A model generated the notes under the pieces. The model was not told the DNA's origin. It did not search any database and saw only the letters and a list, made by a program, of their open reading frames with translations. 64,000 nt of DNA from a virus, in IMG/VR virus record IMGVR_UViG_3300042896_000283, positions 1-64,000 of that record. One strand, written 5' to 3'. Of the stretch, positions 16,941 to 26,976 are shown piece after piece. The translations under genes were made by a program, and so were the position numbers. Position 1 is the first letter of the stretch. Every line of letters starts with the position of its first letter.

Positions 16941-17234
16941 ATGTGGTATATATTAGATGAAAACAATAAACCTGTAAAATCAACTATTGTTGAATATGGA
17001 AAATGGATAGAAGAGAATCCAGAGAGAAAAGCAGTGAAACAAGAACATATTGATGATATATTTATATCAACAGTGCTTCTTGGTCTTGATCATGCTTGGG
17101 ATAGTAATATACCAGTATTATGGGAAACTATGATATTTGGAGGAGAACATGACCAATACATGGATAGATATACATCTTATGAAGATGCTCTTGAAGGACA
17201 TCAAACAGCGTTAAACTTAGTAAACAAACAATAA
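16941..17234 (+). CDS. Conserved phage hypothetical protein
   Basis: ISTVLLGLDH...LWETMIFGG...RYTSYEDALEGH. Confidence 0.75.
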   Translation: MWYILDENNKPVKSTIVEYGKWIEENPERKAVKQEHIDDIFISTVLLGLDHAWDSNIPVLWETMIFGGEHDQYMDRYTSYEDALEGHQTALNLVNKQ

Positions 17235-17235
17235 C

Positions 17236-17592
17236 ATGGCAACATTAAACAAAGCAATACAAGAAGTATTGGATAACACAAGTGATGTGTTATATAAAGA
17301 AGAAATCTATATCAATGGTAAACATGAATATGATTATCATAAACTCGAAGCTACAGAAAAAGCTACAGTTCATACATTATACTTCAGTGATGATTTTGAA
17401 TGGAATGAAAATCTTAGAAAGACAGTAGCTATGCAGCTAGTAGACACAGGTACTGGTATAGAAATCATTGGCGTTAACTCAAAAAAAGAAATAAACTATT
17501 TAGAAGCTGAACAACTTCATATTCTATTAAGATTATCTTGCTCACATGGTGTATATCAAATAACACCACCAGTAGTTAAAAAAGATTTCTAA
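17236..17592 (+). CDS. Hypothetical protein
   Basis: ORF in operon. Confidence 0.7.
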   Translation: MATLNKAIQEVLDNTSDVLYKEEIYINGKHEYDYHKLEATEKATVHTLYFSDDFEWNENLRKTVAMQLVDTGTGIEIIGVNSKKEINYLEAEQLHILLRLSCSHGVYQITPPVVKKDF

Positions 17593-18071
17593 TGTGGTAT
17601 ACAGCAGAAATTGCATTAAAAAGCTACCTTCCTTTTGAATTAGAGGAGGGTATGCTCTTTGTCAACAGAATATCTGTAGGTGTAATTGAACCATATGTTG
17701 AACTATGGGAGCTTGAAGAAGTTCCTGAAGATATGGATGAGTTCATGAGTAAGAATGGTGCACCAGTGGAAGTACTAATCATCATTGATAATTATACAAA
17801 ATATCATCCAAAAGTAGTAGTAATAAATCAAGATCAAATTGGTTGGTGGGATGATGGTCCTGATACAGATGAATTAAGAGATATATCATTAGATGATATC
17901 AATTATACATTAAGAGAAGAACAAGGATTCTTATCTATTGATATAGATGATGATGAAGAAGGATTAGAACCAACATTAATTGAAGATAAAGTTATATTAT
18001 CTTTTCTTCAAGAAGATGATGATCTAGAAGATTGGGATGTAACATTAAACGATGGATTAGAAGAAATTTAA
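17592..18071 (+). CDS. Acidic hypothetical protein
   Basis: TAATG overlap; very Asp/Glu-rich. Confidence 0.7.
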   Translation: MWYTAEIALKSYLPFELEEGMLFVNRISVGVIEPYVELWELEEVPEDMDEFMSKNGAPVEVLIIIDNYTKYHPKVVVINQDQIGWWDDGPDTDELRDISLDDINYTLREEQGFLSIDIDDDEEGLEPTLIEDKVILSFLQEDDDLEDWDVTLNDGLEEI

Positions 18072-18073
18072 AT

Positions 18074-18322
18074 ATGGAATTATCAGTAGCAAATAAACAC
18101 ACACACGAGAGAAAAGTAGCAGATTTTATCATTAAGAAGGTGAAATCACAAGCTGAAATAGTAAAATCAGAAAATCCAAGACATAAGAATGGTATTAAAT
18201 ACGCAATCACAATGACTGAGTATGAAAATATTATCAATTATGAATTGGAAGCAAAAAGAATACCACATATTACAAGAATGGTAGTAAGAGAATTTATTAA
18301 TCGTAAACTAAAGAAAGCATGA
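18074..18322 (+). CDS. Hypothetical protein
   Basis: Start re-called at MELSVANK. Confidence 0.6.
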   Translation: MELSVANKHTHERKVADFIIKKVKSQAEIVKSENPRHKNGIKYAITMTEYENIINYELEAKRIPHITRMVVREFINRKLKKA

Positions 18323-18759
18323 GAAGTTACACATTGAAAGAAATTAATAAAATTAAATTGCAAATTAGAACAGGTAAACCTATATCTATTATTGCAGATG
18401 ATTTAGCTAAAGAATGGGGCAGAACAGTTACAGGAGTATATGCTAAAGTTTGGAAGATTTCTAAATCTACAAAAAAGATTAAAGATGATTACAAAGGTCC
18501 ACTAAGAAAACCTACAATGAAGAAACTTAGACCTGGAATTGCTTCACAAATTCCATATATATGGGATATAAATGAAAATGAAGAACTTGTTCTTAAAGAA
18601 ATTTGTGAAGAAATAGTAAATAAAGAAGAAGAATCTGTTATTGATCAAAAACCTGCAGATATAGGTATTGAGGTACCTGTATCATCTATAACTTTTACTG
18701 GTACACCAAGTAAAGTGGTGATTTATAAAGATCATGTTAGATATTATTACAATAACTAA
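18319..18759 (+). CDS. Putative HTH DNA-binding protein
   Basis: YTLKEI...IADDLAKEWGRTVTGV pattern. Confidence 0.5.
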   Translation: MRSYTLKEINKIKLQIRTGKPISIIADDLAKEWGRTVTGVYAKVWKISKSTKKIKDDYKGPLRKPTMKKLRPGIASQIPYIWDINENEELVLKEICEEIVNKEEESVIDQKPADIGIEVPVSSITFTGTPSKVVIYKDHVRYYYNN

Positions 18760-18802
18760 AATTGTTAGAATAATATAACATTTTTAATTATCTTTGTAGA
18801 CT

Positions 18803-19000
18803 ATGAAATTTATAAATTATTTAGTTAGGTGGATATCGAATAATCTTGCAATGCCCTTTTGGGTTGTAGGACATATCCACCTATCTATACATATCTATAA
18901 GGATATATATGAAATTCTTGCCTCATTTGGTATGAACATCATTGTAGGAATAGGATTTTGGTTAGATTGGAAAGATCATAAAAACACAACAAGACAATGA
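18803..19000 (+). CDS. Small membrane protein
   Basis: Two hydrophobic segments; preceded by TATCTTTG at 18789. Confidence 0.65.
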   Translation: MKFINYLVRWISNNLAMPFWVVGHIHLSIHIYKDIYEILASFGMNIIVGIGFWLDWKDHKNTTRQ

Positions 19001-19032
19001 AAGAAGAAGTAATAATATATGACATTTGTTAA
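18997..19032 (+). pseudogene. Stranded original 5' end of the DNA polymerase gene
   Basis: MKEEVIIYDIC-stop aligns with Pol start MNVIITDIET; ATGA-coupled to upstream gene. Confidence 0.65.
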
Positions 19033-19093
19033 TAACTTTATTTGGTAGTTTCAATTATATTGTATACATTTACATCATTAAGATAATATCATT

Positions 19094-19843
19094 ATGATGA
19101 AGAATTCAGGAGTTTACATTGTTCAAAACCTTATAACTAAGAAATGTTATATAGGGGCATCTACAGATCTATATAATAGATTATGTGACCACAAGTCAAA
19201 ATTAAGATCAGGAATACACCATAATACACATTTACAAAGTTCTTTTAATAAATATAAAGAAGAAAACTTTACGTTTGGTGTATTAGTAGAATGTCATCAT
19301 GATCTTATATTTTCAGAAGAAAACTATTGGTGTAATATGTTAGATACACATAATAGAAAACATGGATATAACATTGATCCTACATGCCCTGAAGGAAAGC
19401 GTGCAGTTTCTGATGAAACTAGAGCAAGGATGAGTAATTCTGCACCTAAAAGAAAAGTGATGGTTTATACTATCTATGGAGAGTTCTATCAAAGCTTTAC
19501 TGATTTATATAAGTGTGCTGAACATTTCAATGCTGTAGCTCCTAACATTCATAGAAAGATGAACGTAAAGTTTTTTAAAAAGAACTTAATTGATTCAGAA
19601 TCTAGTAAGTTTATATTTCTTGATGAAGATGAATCAGTAGAAGATGTAAAAGCTTATTGGAATAATATATTTGATCAAATCAAACTAAGCAATGGTAAAT
19701 ATAAAGTTTATGATTGTTTTAATAGATTAATTGGAACAATAAATTCTAGACCTTTGACAGATATATTAAACGTTAACATTGCATCAATTACAACTTCTAT
19801 AGGAAGAAACACATATTTAAGAACATTAAAAATAGAAAAATGA
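19094..19843 (+). CDS. GIY-YIG homing endonuclease
   Basis: SGVY...CYIGAS...LQSSFNKY...GYNI; own promoter TTTG...TACATTTA near 19041-19072. Confidence 0.9.
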   Translation: MMKNSGVYIVQNLITKKCYIGASTDLYNRLCDHKSKLRSGIHHNTHLQSSFNKYKEENFTFGVLVECHHDLIFSEENYWCNMLDTHNRKHGYNIDPTCPEGKRAVSDETRARMSNSAPKRKVMVYTIYGEFYQSFTDLYKCAEHFNAVAPNIHRKMNVKFFKKNLIDSESSKFIFLDEDESVEDVKAYWNNIFDQIKLSNGKYKVYDCFNRLIGTINSRPLTDILNVNIASITTSIGRNTYLRTLKIEK

Positions 19844-21798
19844 ATGTTATAATAACAGATATAGAAACAATGGCAGAATACTTTTTATGTGTTTGTTACG
19901 ATCCACAAACTAACAAGTATCATAAGTTTGAAGTTAGTAGATGGAAGAACACTTTAGATCGTATGGCAAACTTCTTTGAGCAAAAAAACGATCATTATCA
20001 TGTAACTTACAATGGATTAAGGTTTGATAGTCAAGTAATAGAATATATTCTTAGGAATTATGAAAAATGGCATGAGTTATCTGGTCTTGAAATATGTGAA
20101 AAAATTGCTCAAGTTGCTCAAGATACAATACATGATGCAAATTATGAAGTTTTTCCACAATATAGAGAAAGTGATTTAAGTTTTAAAATAATAGACTTAT
20201 TTACTTTAATGCACTACAACAATAAAAATCGAATGGTGAGTCTTAAAAGACTAGAGTTTGAGATGGATCTTGAGAATATAGAAGAAATGCCTATACATCA
20301 TACCAAGACTAATATGACAAAAGAAGAAGTGGAAATGACCATTGACTATTGTTATAATGATGTAGATGCAACTTATGAATTCTATAAGATAACATTAGGT
20401 GATACTGATCATCCATTGTATAAAGGAAATAACCAAATAGGGCTGAGACAAGATATTGAAGCTGAGTTTGGTATTCCTTGTATGAACTATTCAGACTCTA
20501 AGATAGGGGATGAAATGATTAAGAAGTATTATTGTTCAGAGAAAGGAATTACATACAGAGAACTTCCTAAGAAAGGATATTTCAGAAAGAGCATTGATGT
20601 AAAGAATTGCATTGCTAAGTATGTAACATTCGAAACTCCACAACTAAAAGACTTCTTAAAGAAGATTAATAAAATGCAGCTTGGTCTGCAAGATGATTTC
20701 AAAGAGCATATAGATTTCCATGGAAATGTATATTCTTTTATGAAAGGTGGTCTTCATACAGAAAACAAACCTAAAATGTTTGAAGCTGATGAAGATTATG
20801 AGATAATCGATTGGGATGTGTCTAGTTATTATCCTGCTATCATTATCAACAATGGTAAGTTTCCTGCCCATTTAGGTAAGGAATTCCTTCGGGGATACAA
20901 ACAGATGTTTGATAAAAGATTGGAGCTTAAACCCTTTGCAAAGAAGGATAAGAAAATTAAAGGAATTGTTGGAGCACTTAAACTTGCAGTTAACTCTGTA
21001 TATGGTAAGTCATCTGATATGCAGAATTGGATATATGATAGGCAGTTAACTATGTTCACCACAATTACTGGTGAGCTTAGCTTAATGATGCTTATTGAAA
21101 AATATGAAACCAATGGCATACATGTGATCTCTGCTAATACGGATGGTGTAACTATTAAGATTAAGAAAGACATGATTCCTTTGATGCATGAAATCAATGC
21201 ATGGTGGTGTGACATAACTCAATATGAGTTGGAGAGAACAGACTATTCCAAGATTATCTTTAGTACAGTGAATGACTATTTAGCAATTATGACTAATGGA
21301 GAAATTAAAAAGAAAGGTGATTTTCTTACAGATTTTGAACTACATAAGAACAAATCAGCTAGGGTTGTACCTATTGCTCTTGAAAATTATTTTGTACATG
21401 GTACTCCTGTTGAGCATACAATTCGTGCTCATGAGAATCTTTATGATTTCTGTTTAAGACAAAAAGCTAGTAGAAGTTTTCACTATGAAGGGACCAATAG
21501 GTCAACAGGTGAGAAGACAGTGTATGATAAACTCATACGCTATTATGTATCCAACGAAGGAGATAAGATCTTTAAAATCAAAAATCCAGAGTGTCAAACC
21601 AGAGCTGCTGCAATTAGTCAAGTAGAAGCAGGTGAATGGGTATGTAAAGTTTGTAATTACTTACCAAAAGGTAGTAAAGTTGATAATGTCAACTATGATT
21701 ACTATATTGAAAAAGCTAACAGATTAGTCTTAAAGATTAATACTGAAGGCAGAAGAATTAAAACAGTATTTATACCTAATCAATTAAATCTTTTTTAA
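19840..21798 (+). CDS. polB: Family B DNA polymerase (crAss-like)
   Basis: ExoI DIET, ExoII YNGLRFD, motifs DVSSYYP, KLAVNSVYG, ANTDG. Confidence 0.95.
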   Translation: MNVIITDIETMAEYFLCVCYDPQTNKYHKFEVSRWKNTLDRMANFFEQKNDHYHVTYNGLRFDSQVIEYILRNYEKWHELSGLEICEKIAQVAQDTIHDANYEVFPQYRESDLSFKIIDLFTLMHYNNKNRMVSLKRLEFEMDLENIEEMPIHHTKTNMTKEEVEMTIDYCYNDVDATYEFYKITLGDTDHPLYKGNNQIGLRQDIEAEFGIPCMNYSDSKIGDEMIKKYYCSEKGITYRELPKKGYFRKSIDVKNCIAKYVTFETPQLKDFLKKINKMQLGLQDDFKEHIDFHGNVYSFMKGGLHTENKPKMFEADEDYEIIDWDVSSYYPAIIINNGKFPAHLGKEFLRGYKQMFDKRLELKPFAKKDKKIKGIVGALKLAVNSVYGKSSDMQNWIYDRQLTMFTTITGELSLMMLIEKYETNGIHVISANTDGVTIKIKKDMIPLMHEINAWWCDITQYELERTDYSKIIFSTVNDYLAIMTNGEIKKKGDFLTDFELHKNKSARVVPIALENYFVHGTPVEHTIRAHENLYDFCLRQKASRSFHYEGTNRSTGEKTVYDKLIRYYVSNEGDKIFKIKNPECQTRAAAISQVEAGEWVCKVCNYLPKGSKVDNVNYDYYIEKANRLVLKINTEGRRIKTVFIPNQLNLF

Positions 21799-22055
21799 TG
21801 AAAGCTAAAATTAACCGTGAGAACATCTCTAAACATTTAGTTGAGTACCAACTAAACATGGTTGGTAAGACCCTAGAGGACACACTATCTGATGATATGT
21901 GGTTCTTTAACTGGACAATGACTCCAGCTGAGCATGAGGAATTCAAAGCATATGCTATTCCTTTGATGAAAAAAATCTTTAAATTTAACAAATCAAAAGC
22001 AGAACAAACATTTGGGTGGTTTAACCTCCAGTTTGGTCTTCGAATTAAATCTTAA
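21798..22055 (+). CDS. Hypothetical protein
   Basis: TAATG-coupled to pol. Confidence 0.7.
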   Translation: MKAKINRENISKHLVEYQLNMVGKTLEDTLSDDMWFFNWTMTPAEHEEFKAYAIPLMKKIFKFNKSKAEQTFGWFNLQFGLRIKS

Positions 22056-22060
22056 CAATT

Positions 22061-22342
22061 ATGGAATTATTTATTATTATTGGAGCAATTGCTATTATAT
22101 CAATATTATCATTGTATTTTGCATACAAGAATGCACCTGAAATTAAAGAAGAAGAACTTCCTAAATATCAACATGAAGTTAGAAAAGTGACCTATGTTAT
22201 GGGTATAGATCCTTATGAAATAGAGAAACCTAAGAAGAAGAAAAAGAAGTATTATAATAAAAAGAAGAAATCAACTATTGCAGAATCTGCAACACCTGTT
22301 GCTAAAAGACCTGTTGGAAGACCAAGAAAAGTTACTGAGTAA
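22061..22342 (+). CDS. Membrane-anchored basic protein with AT-hook-like tail
   Basis: N-terminal TM, poly-Lys, KRPVGRPRK. Confidence 0.65.
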   Translation: MELFIIIGAIAIISILSLYFAYKNAPEIKEEELPKYQHEVRKVTYVMGIDPYEIEKPKKKKKKYYNKKKKSTIAESATPVAKRPVGRPRKVTE

Positions 22343-22548
22343 TGAATTGGTTTGAAGATTATGAGTATCCCAATGATCATATATATGCTATGGAAAGAGA
22401 AAAAGATATAGTTGATTCATGGCATAAATGGGAAGCAGAACATAAAGCCAAGAGTAGAAAGCCTGCAATAATTAAAGTGGTAAAACCAAAAGATGAAAAT
22501 AAACGTAGAACCTCAACAATTCGAGGAGCTCATCAAGAAAGGTTATAA
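22342..22548 (+). CDS. Hypothetical protein
   Basis: TAATG overlap. Confidence 0.6.
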   Translation: MNWFEDYEYPNDHIYAMEREKDIVDSWHKWEAEHKAKSRKPAIIKVVKPKDENKRRTSTIRGAHQERL

Positions 22549-23122
22549 TCTAGACACTATTTATTTATTAAAACTGATAGACGATCAATTTGATATTTCT
22601 CCATTATGTGAAGGAAGTATGAAGATTGATTCTGTCTATCAGTCTTTAGTTAGAAAAGGACTTATAACAAAAGATGATGAAAAACTCACACTAGTAGGCA
22701 GAGACTTATTAGAATTCATAGATGCAAAGAGCACTGGGAAGATTATTAGAAGAAAACCTGCCACAACAGATTTTGAAGAGTGGTGGAAGACTTATCCAGG
22801 CACTGATTCATTTGAGTATAAGAATAAGAAGTTTACAGGTACCAGAGCTATTAGAAAAGGCAAAGATGAATGCAGACTTAAGTTTGATAAAATCATTCTT
22901 GAAGGAGAATATACAGCTGCACAGCTGATAGCTGCTCTTAATTATGAACTCTTACAGAAGAAAGAAAGTTCTGTTGATACTAACAGTAATAGAATGACAT
23001 TTATGCAAAATAGTGTCACCTATCTGAACCAAAGAGCTTTCGAAGCTTATATTGAACTAATTAATGATGGAGCTGCAGTAGATGTAGCACCACAAAGACC
23101 AACAGGAGGTACTGATATATGA
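22493..23122 (+). CDS. Putative replication initiator/replisome organiser
   Basis: N-terminal wHTH-like region, FEEWWKTYP, TYLNQRAF; upstream of dnaB. Confidence 0.55.
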   Translation: MKINVEPQQFEELIKKGYNLDTIYLLKLIDDQFDISPLCEGSMKIDSVYQSLVRKGLITKDDEKLTLVGRDLLEFIDAKSTGKIIRRKPATTDFEEWWKTYPGTDSFEYKNKKFTGTRAIRKGKDECRLKFDKIILEGEYTAAQLIAALNYELLQKKESSVDTNSNRMTFMQNSVTYLNQRAFEAYIELINDGAAVDVAPQRPTGGTDI

Positions 23123-23316
23123 CACCAGAAAAACAAGCAGAAGATTTAGTAAACGAATATCGTATCATTTTAATGAATGAAGATACTGAATGTGGTAATG
23201 AAATTCTTTGTACTTCAATTGCTAAAAAATTTGCATTAATCTTAGTTGATAAAATGATTGAAGAAACACGTGCTAAATTTTGGTATGATGTTAAACATGA
23301 ATTAGAAAAATTATGA
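23119..23316 (+). CDS. Hypothetical protein
   Basis: ATGA overlap. Confidence 0.6.
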   Translation: MTPEKQAEDLVNEYRIILMNEDTECGNEILCTSIAKKFALILVDKMIEETRAKFWYDVKHELEKL

Positions 23317-23481
23317 AACAAAAGATTGTTGTATTTAATTGCATTCCTGATATTTATCTTTATGAAGAAGGTTGTGGATACAAACCACATCCACCTTATA
23401 AATCATATGATTCTTTGAAAGAAGCAATAAAAGAAAATCCTACATCAAAGGTACATCGTTATCCAAGTAAAAACATAGAAC

Positions 23482-24546
23482 ATGAGTTTTGAATTATTAA
23501 ATGCAGAAGTTAACAAAGGCCTAGGTGATTTCAATAGAGGTATACCAATGGGCTTTGATAGATTAACTAGATATGTAGGTATTCGTAAGGGTATGTATTA
23601 TTTGATAGGTGGTAACACAGGATCAGGTAAGACATCATTTATTGATGATGCATTTGTTCTTAATCCTGTTGATTGGGCTATGTCCAAAGAAGGAATTGCT
23701 TCAGGTATTAAGGTGAAAGTGTGGTATAGGTCCATGGAGAGAAGTAGAACTTATAAGATGGCCAAATGGGTATCTCGTAAAATATTTCTAGACCAGGGTA
23801 TAATTATTCCTGTAGGTAAAATTTTGGGCTGGAATGAGAAGATGACTAAAGATGAGCATGATCTGTTTCTTTATTATAAAGATTATGTAGATCAGCTTAG
23901 TGATATAGTCACCATCATAGATGGTCCAGAGAATCCTGTAGGTATAGCAAAAGAACTAAAAGCTTATGCTGAAGCTAATGGTAAAATAGAACAGTTAGAT
24001 CAATGGAATAAAATATATATTCCTAATGATCCAACACAAATTACCATGGTAGTGATAGATCACATTGGTCTATTAAAAACAACAACAGCTCAACCAACTA
24101 AAAAAGATGCTATTGATAAGATGTCTGATGAACTTAGGTTTGCTAGAGATTTCTATGGATATAGTCCTGTAGTGGTAAGTCAGTTTAACAGAAGCATTTC
24201 TAATCCATCCAGGATAAAGAATGGTGATGTTGAACCTCAGTTAGAAGATTTTGCAGATAGCTCAAGCACACAGAATGATGCTGATGTAGTTATGGCCTTA
24301 TTTGATCCTATGAGATATAAAGTGGCAGATCCTAGTGGATATGACCTAGATAAATTAAAAGATCAATTTGGTGCTAAGTATTTCAGAAGTGTGAGACTAA
24401 TCAAGAATTCATATGGTGCAGACGACTTGCGGATAGGTCTTGCTTTTTTAGGGGAATTAGGATTATTTGCTGAGTTACCTCGTAAAAAAGATATAACAGA
24501 CGCAGATTATGCAAGTGTTATAGATAAAAGCTTTTTTCTAAAATAA
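23482..24546 (+). CDS. dnaB: DnaB-like replicative helicase
   Basis: GGNTGSGKT, SME, VIDHIGL, VSQFNR, DADVV. Confidence 0.92.
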   Translation: MSFELLNAEVNKGLGDFNRGIPMGFDRLTRYVGIRKGMYYLIGGNTGSGKTSFIDDAFVLNPVDWAMSKEGIASGIKVKVWYRSMERSRTYKMAKWVSRKIFLDQGIIIPVGKILGWNEKMTKDEHDLFLYYKDYVDQLSDIVTIIDGPENPVGIAKELKAYAEANGKIEQLDQWNKIYIPNDPTQITMVVIDHIGLLKTTTAQPTKKDAIDKMSDELRFARDFYGYSPVVVSQFNRSISNPSRIKNGDVEPQLEDFADSSSTQNDADVVMALFDPMRYKVADPSGYDLDKLKDQFGAKYFRSVRLIKNSYGADDLRIGLAFLGELGLFAELPRKKDITDADYASVIDKSFFLK

Positions 24547-24604
24547 ATAACAATAATATTTGGTAGTATCAAATCTTTCTTTTATCTTTACAAAAAAATT
24601 TATT

Positions 24605-25279
24605 ATGAAAAAGATTGATGTTACCAATTTTATTGGTACAAAACACAACAGACTTACAATACTAAAAGAAGTAGAACCTATCTTATATAAAAAAGGAGCA
24701 GCTAGAAGAGTATTATGTAAGTGTGACTGTGGTAAACAGAAAGTTATAGATTTCAACTCTATAAGAACAAATAAAAGTAAATCTTGTGGATGCTTGAGTA
24801 AAGAAACATCTACTAAATTACATACTACACATGGTTTAGCAATGTTGTCTGCAGGAGTAAGACATCCTGATTATTCAATTTGGATAAAGATGAAATCAAG
24901 ATGTTTAAACCCTAATGATAAATCTTACAATAATTATGGTGGTAGAGGTATTAAAGTTTGTAAAACTTGGCAAGAATCTTTCGTATCATTTATAGATGAT
25001 ATGGGATGGAGACCAAATAACAAATATTCAATAGAAAGAATAGACTATAACAAAGATTATTGTCCTGACAACTGTAAATGGATTCTTAAATCAGAACAAA
25101 CTAAAAATTGTAGAAGAGTAAAACTTATTGCATATAATGGTAAAGAACATTGTCTAACTGACTTATGTAAACTATTAGGTTTAGTATATTCTACTATGCG
25201 ACATAGAGTTTATGATTTAGGTATTCCATTCGAAGAAGCTGTAAAATATCCTCAACATTACAAATTTAAAAAAGTATGA
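24605..25279 (+). CDS. HNH-type homing endonuclease
   Basis: CKCDCG, SCGC, YGGRGIKVC, SIERID...YCPDNCKW; own promoter TTTG...TATCTTTA; start re-called at MKKIDV. Confidence 0.85.
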   Translation: MKKIDVTNFIGTKHNRLTILKEVEPILYKKGAARRVLCKCDCGKQKVIDFNSIRTNKSKSCGCLSKETSTKLHTTHGLAMLSAGVRHPDYSIWIKMKSRCLNPNDKSYNNYGGRGIKVCKTWQESFVSFIDDMGWRPNNKYSIERIDYNKDYCPDNCKWILKSEQTKNCRRVKLIAYNGKEHCLTDLCKLLGLVYSTMRHRVYDLGIPFEEAVKYPQHYKFKKV

Positions 25280-26364
25280 AAAAAAGTATTAGAGACATTA
25301 GGCAATCAGAATTTGCACAAATGTGGTTAGACAGCGATAGAAGAAAAATTTTGAATTTGTGCCCACGCTTCGGTAAAATAAGAACTAGTATTAATATACT
25401 AGAGCATTTTAAACCTAAACTTAAAAGTGTACTTATTGCTTATCCAGATAATAAGATTAAAGACTCCTGGCAAGCTGATTTTGAAGATAGAGGATATAAT
25501 GATACAAATGTAACATATACTACTCATTTATCATTAAAGAAATATGCTGATAAGAAGTTTGACCTTGTTATTATAGATGAGATACATCTACTGAGTGAAG
25601 CCCAGATAGAAGTATGTAAGGATTTGTTTGATAACAACAAACAGGTTCTTGGTCTCACTGGTACATTAGCCAGTGATACAGAAAGAACTCTTGAAGAAGA
25701 ATTAGATCTTCATGTAATAGCTCATTATCCAATTGAAAAAGCAATTGAAGAAGGAGTTATTGTAGATTATGAGATACATGTTATTAGAGTGCCCTTAGAC
25801 AATCTTGTATATAATGATTACAAAGGAAAACTCAAAACAGAGAAGAAACACTATGATGGATTATCTTGGGTAATCAATAAACTCCAAAATAGTGGATCAG
25901 ACACTATGTTCATGCGTCTTGCAAGAATGAGACTTATTCAATCATCTCTAGCCAAAACTAATGCTACAAAAGCACTTTTGACTAAACATAAAGATGAAAG
26001 AGTGCTAGTATTCTGTGGTACCACTGCTGTAGCAGATAGTCTTGGTATTCCTTCTTTTCATAATAAGTCTAAAGAGAAACAAATCTTTGAAGACTTTGCT
26101 GAAGGAGTGGGTAATCATCTAGCTGTTGTAAAGATTGGTAATACAGGAGTAACATATAAGCCTTTAGATAAAGTGATTATTAACTATTTTGATAGTAATG
26201 CAGAGAACTTAGCTCAAAAGATAATGCGTTGTACAGCTTTTGAATATGATAATGAGAGCAAAAAAGCTCAAATTTATATCATTTCATCAACAGAATCTGT
26301 GGAACTTAAATGGCTATCAAAAGCTTTAGATTTGTTTGATAAAGATAAAATATTTTACTCATGA
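25276..26364 (+). CDS. Superfamily 2 DExH helicase
   Basis: PRFGK, IIDEIH, GLTGT, QKIMR. Confidence 0.88.
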   Translation: MKKSIRDIRQSEFAQMWLDSDRRKILNLCPRFGKIRTSINILEHFKPKLKSVLIAYPDNKIKDSWQADFEDRGYNDTNVTYTTHLSLKKYADKKFDLVIIDEIHLLSEAQIEVCKDLFDNNKQVLGLTGTLASDTERTLEEELDLHVIAHYPIEKAIEEGVIVDYEIHVIRVPLDNLVYNDYKGKLKTEKKHYDGLSWVINKLQNSGSDTMFMRLARMRLIQSSLAKTNATKALLTKHKDERVLVFCGTTAVADSLGIPSFHNKSKEKQIFEDFAEGVGNHLAVVKIGNTGVTYKPLDKVIINYFDSNAENLAQKIMRCTAFEYDNESKKAQIYIISSTESVELKWLSKALDLFDKDKIFYS

Positions 26365-26912
26365 TTTCATGCATCTATACAATAACCAATAAAGTAAATG
26401 GTAAACTTTATATAGGAAAAACTAATAATTTTTTATATAGAATGTCTAAACATAAATATACTTTAAGAAATAATATTCATATAAATGAACATCTTCAACG
26501 TGCTTTTAATAAATATGGAGAAGAATCATTTGATTTTGAAATTCTTGAAGAATGTAATGAAGAGTATTTGTATTCTCAAGAACATTATTGGTGTAATTTG
26601 TTAGATGCATTTAACTATGATAAAGGCTATAATATGAAACCTACACATCCATTAAATAAAAGTGGAAATAGTGCAGAAGCACTTGAAAAAGTTAAAAAAG
26701 CATTAACTGGTAAAAAATTATCTTCAGAACATAAACTAAAGTTATCATTAGCAAAACAAGGTAGAAAATTATCAGATGAAACGAAGTTAAAAATGTCTCA
26801 AGCCAGTAAAGGCAATAAAAAATCTGAAGAACATAAACAAAAAATCTCAGAAGCTAAAAAAGGAGACAAAAATCCTAGATTCGGTAAAATACCTTGGAAT
26901 AAAAAGATATAA
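26361..26912 (+). CDS. GIY-YIG homing endonuclease with NUMOD3 repeats
   Basis: SCIY...LYIGKT; SEEHKQKISEA-type repeats. Confidence 0.9.
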   Translation: MISCIYTITNKVNGKLYIGKTNNFLYRMSKHKYTLRNNIHINEHLQRAFNKYGEESFDFEILEECNEEYLYSQEHYWCNLLDAFNYDKGYNMKPTHPLNKSGNSAEALEKVKKALTGKKLSSEHKLKLSLAKQGRKLSDETKLKMSQASKGNKKSEEHKQKISEAKKGDKNPRFGKIPWNKKI

Positions 26913-26976
26913 CACTTGATTTTATTAAGAATATATCGTATATTTATAGAATAAATTAACTAAATAAATTAAAACA

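Noticed and set aside
19027-19863. Group I intron in the polymerase gene
   Set aside because: The nuclease ORF fills the interval up to the new Pol start, leaving no room for a ribozyme core
24540-26930. Target-replacement scars around the nucleases flanking the SF2 helicase (also the one at 55381)
   Set aside because: Only weak AT-rich similarities (NKKI vs DKDKI); not supportable without empty alleles
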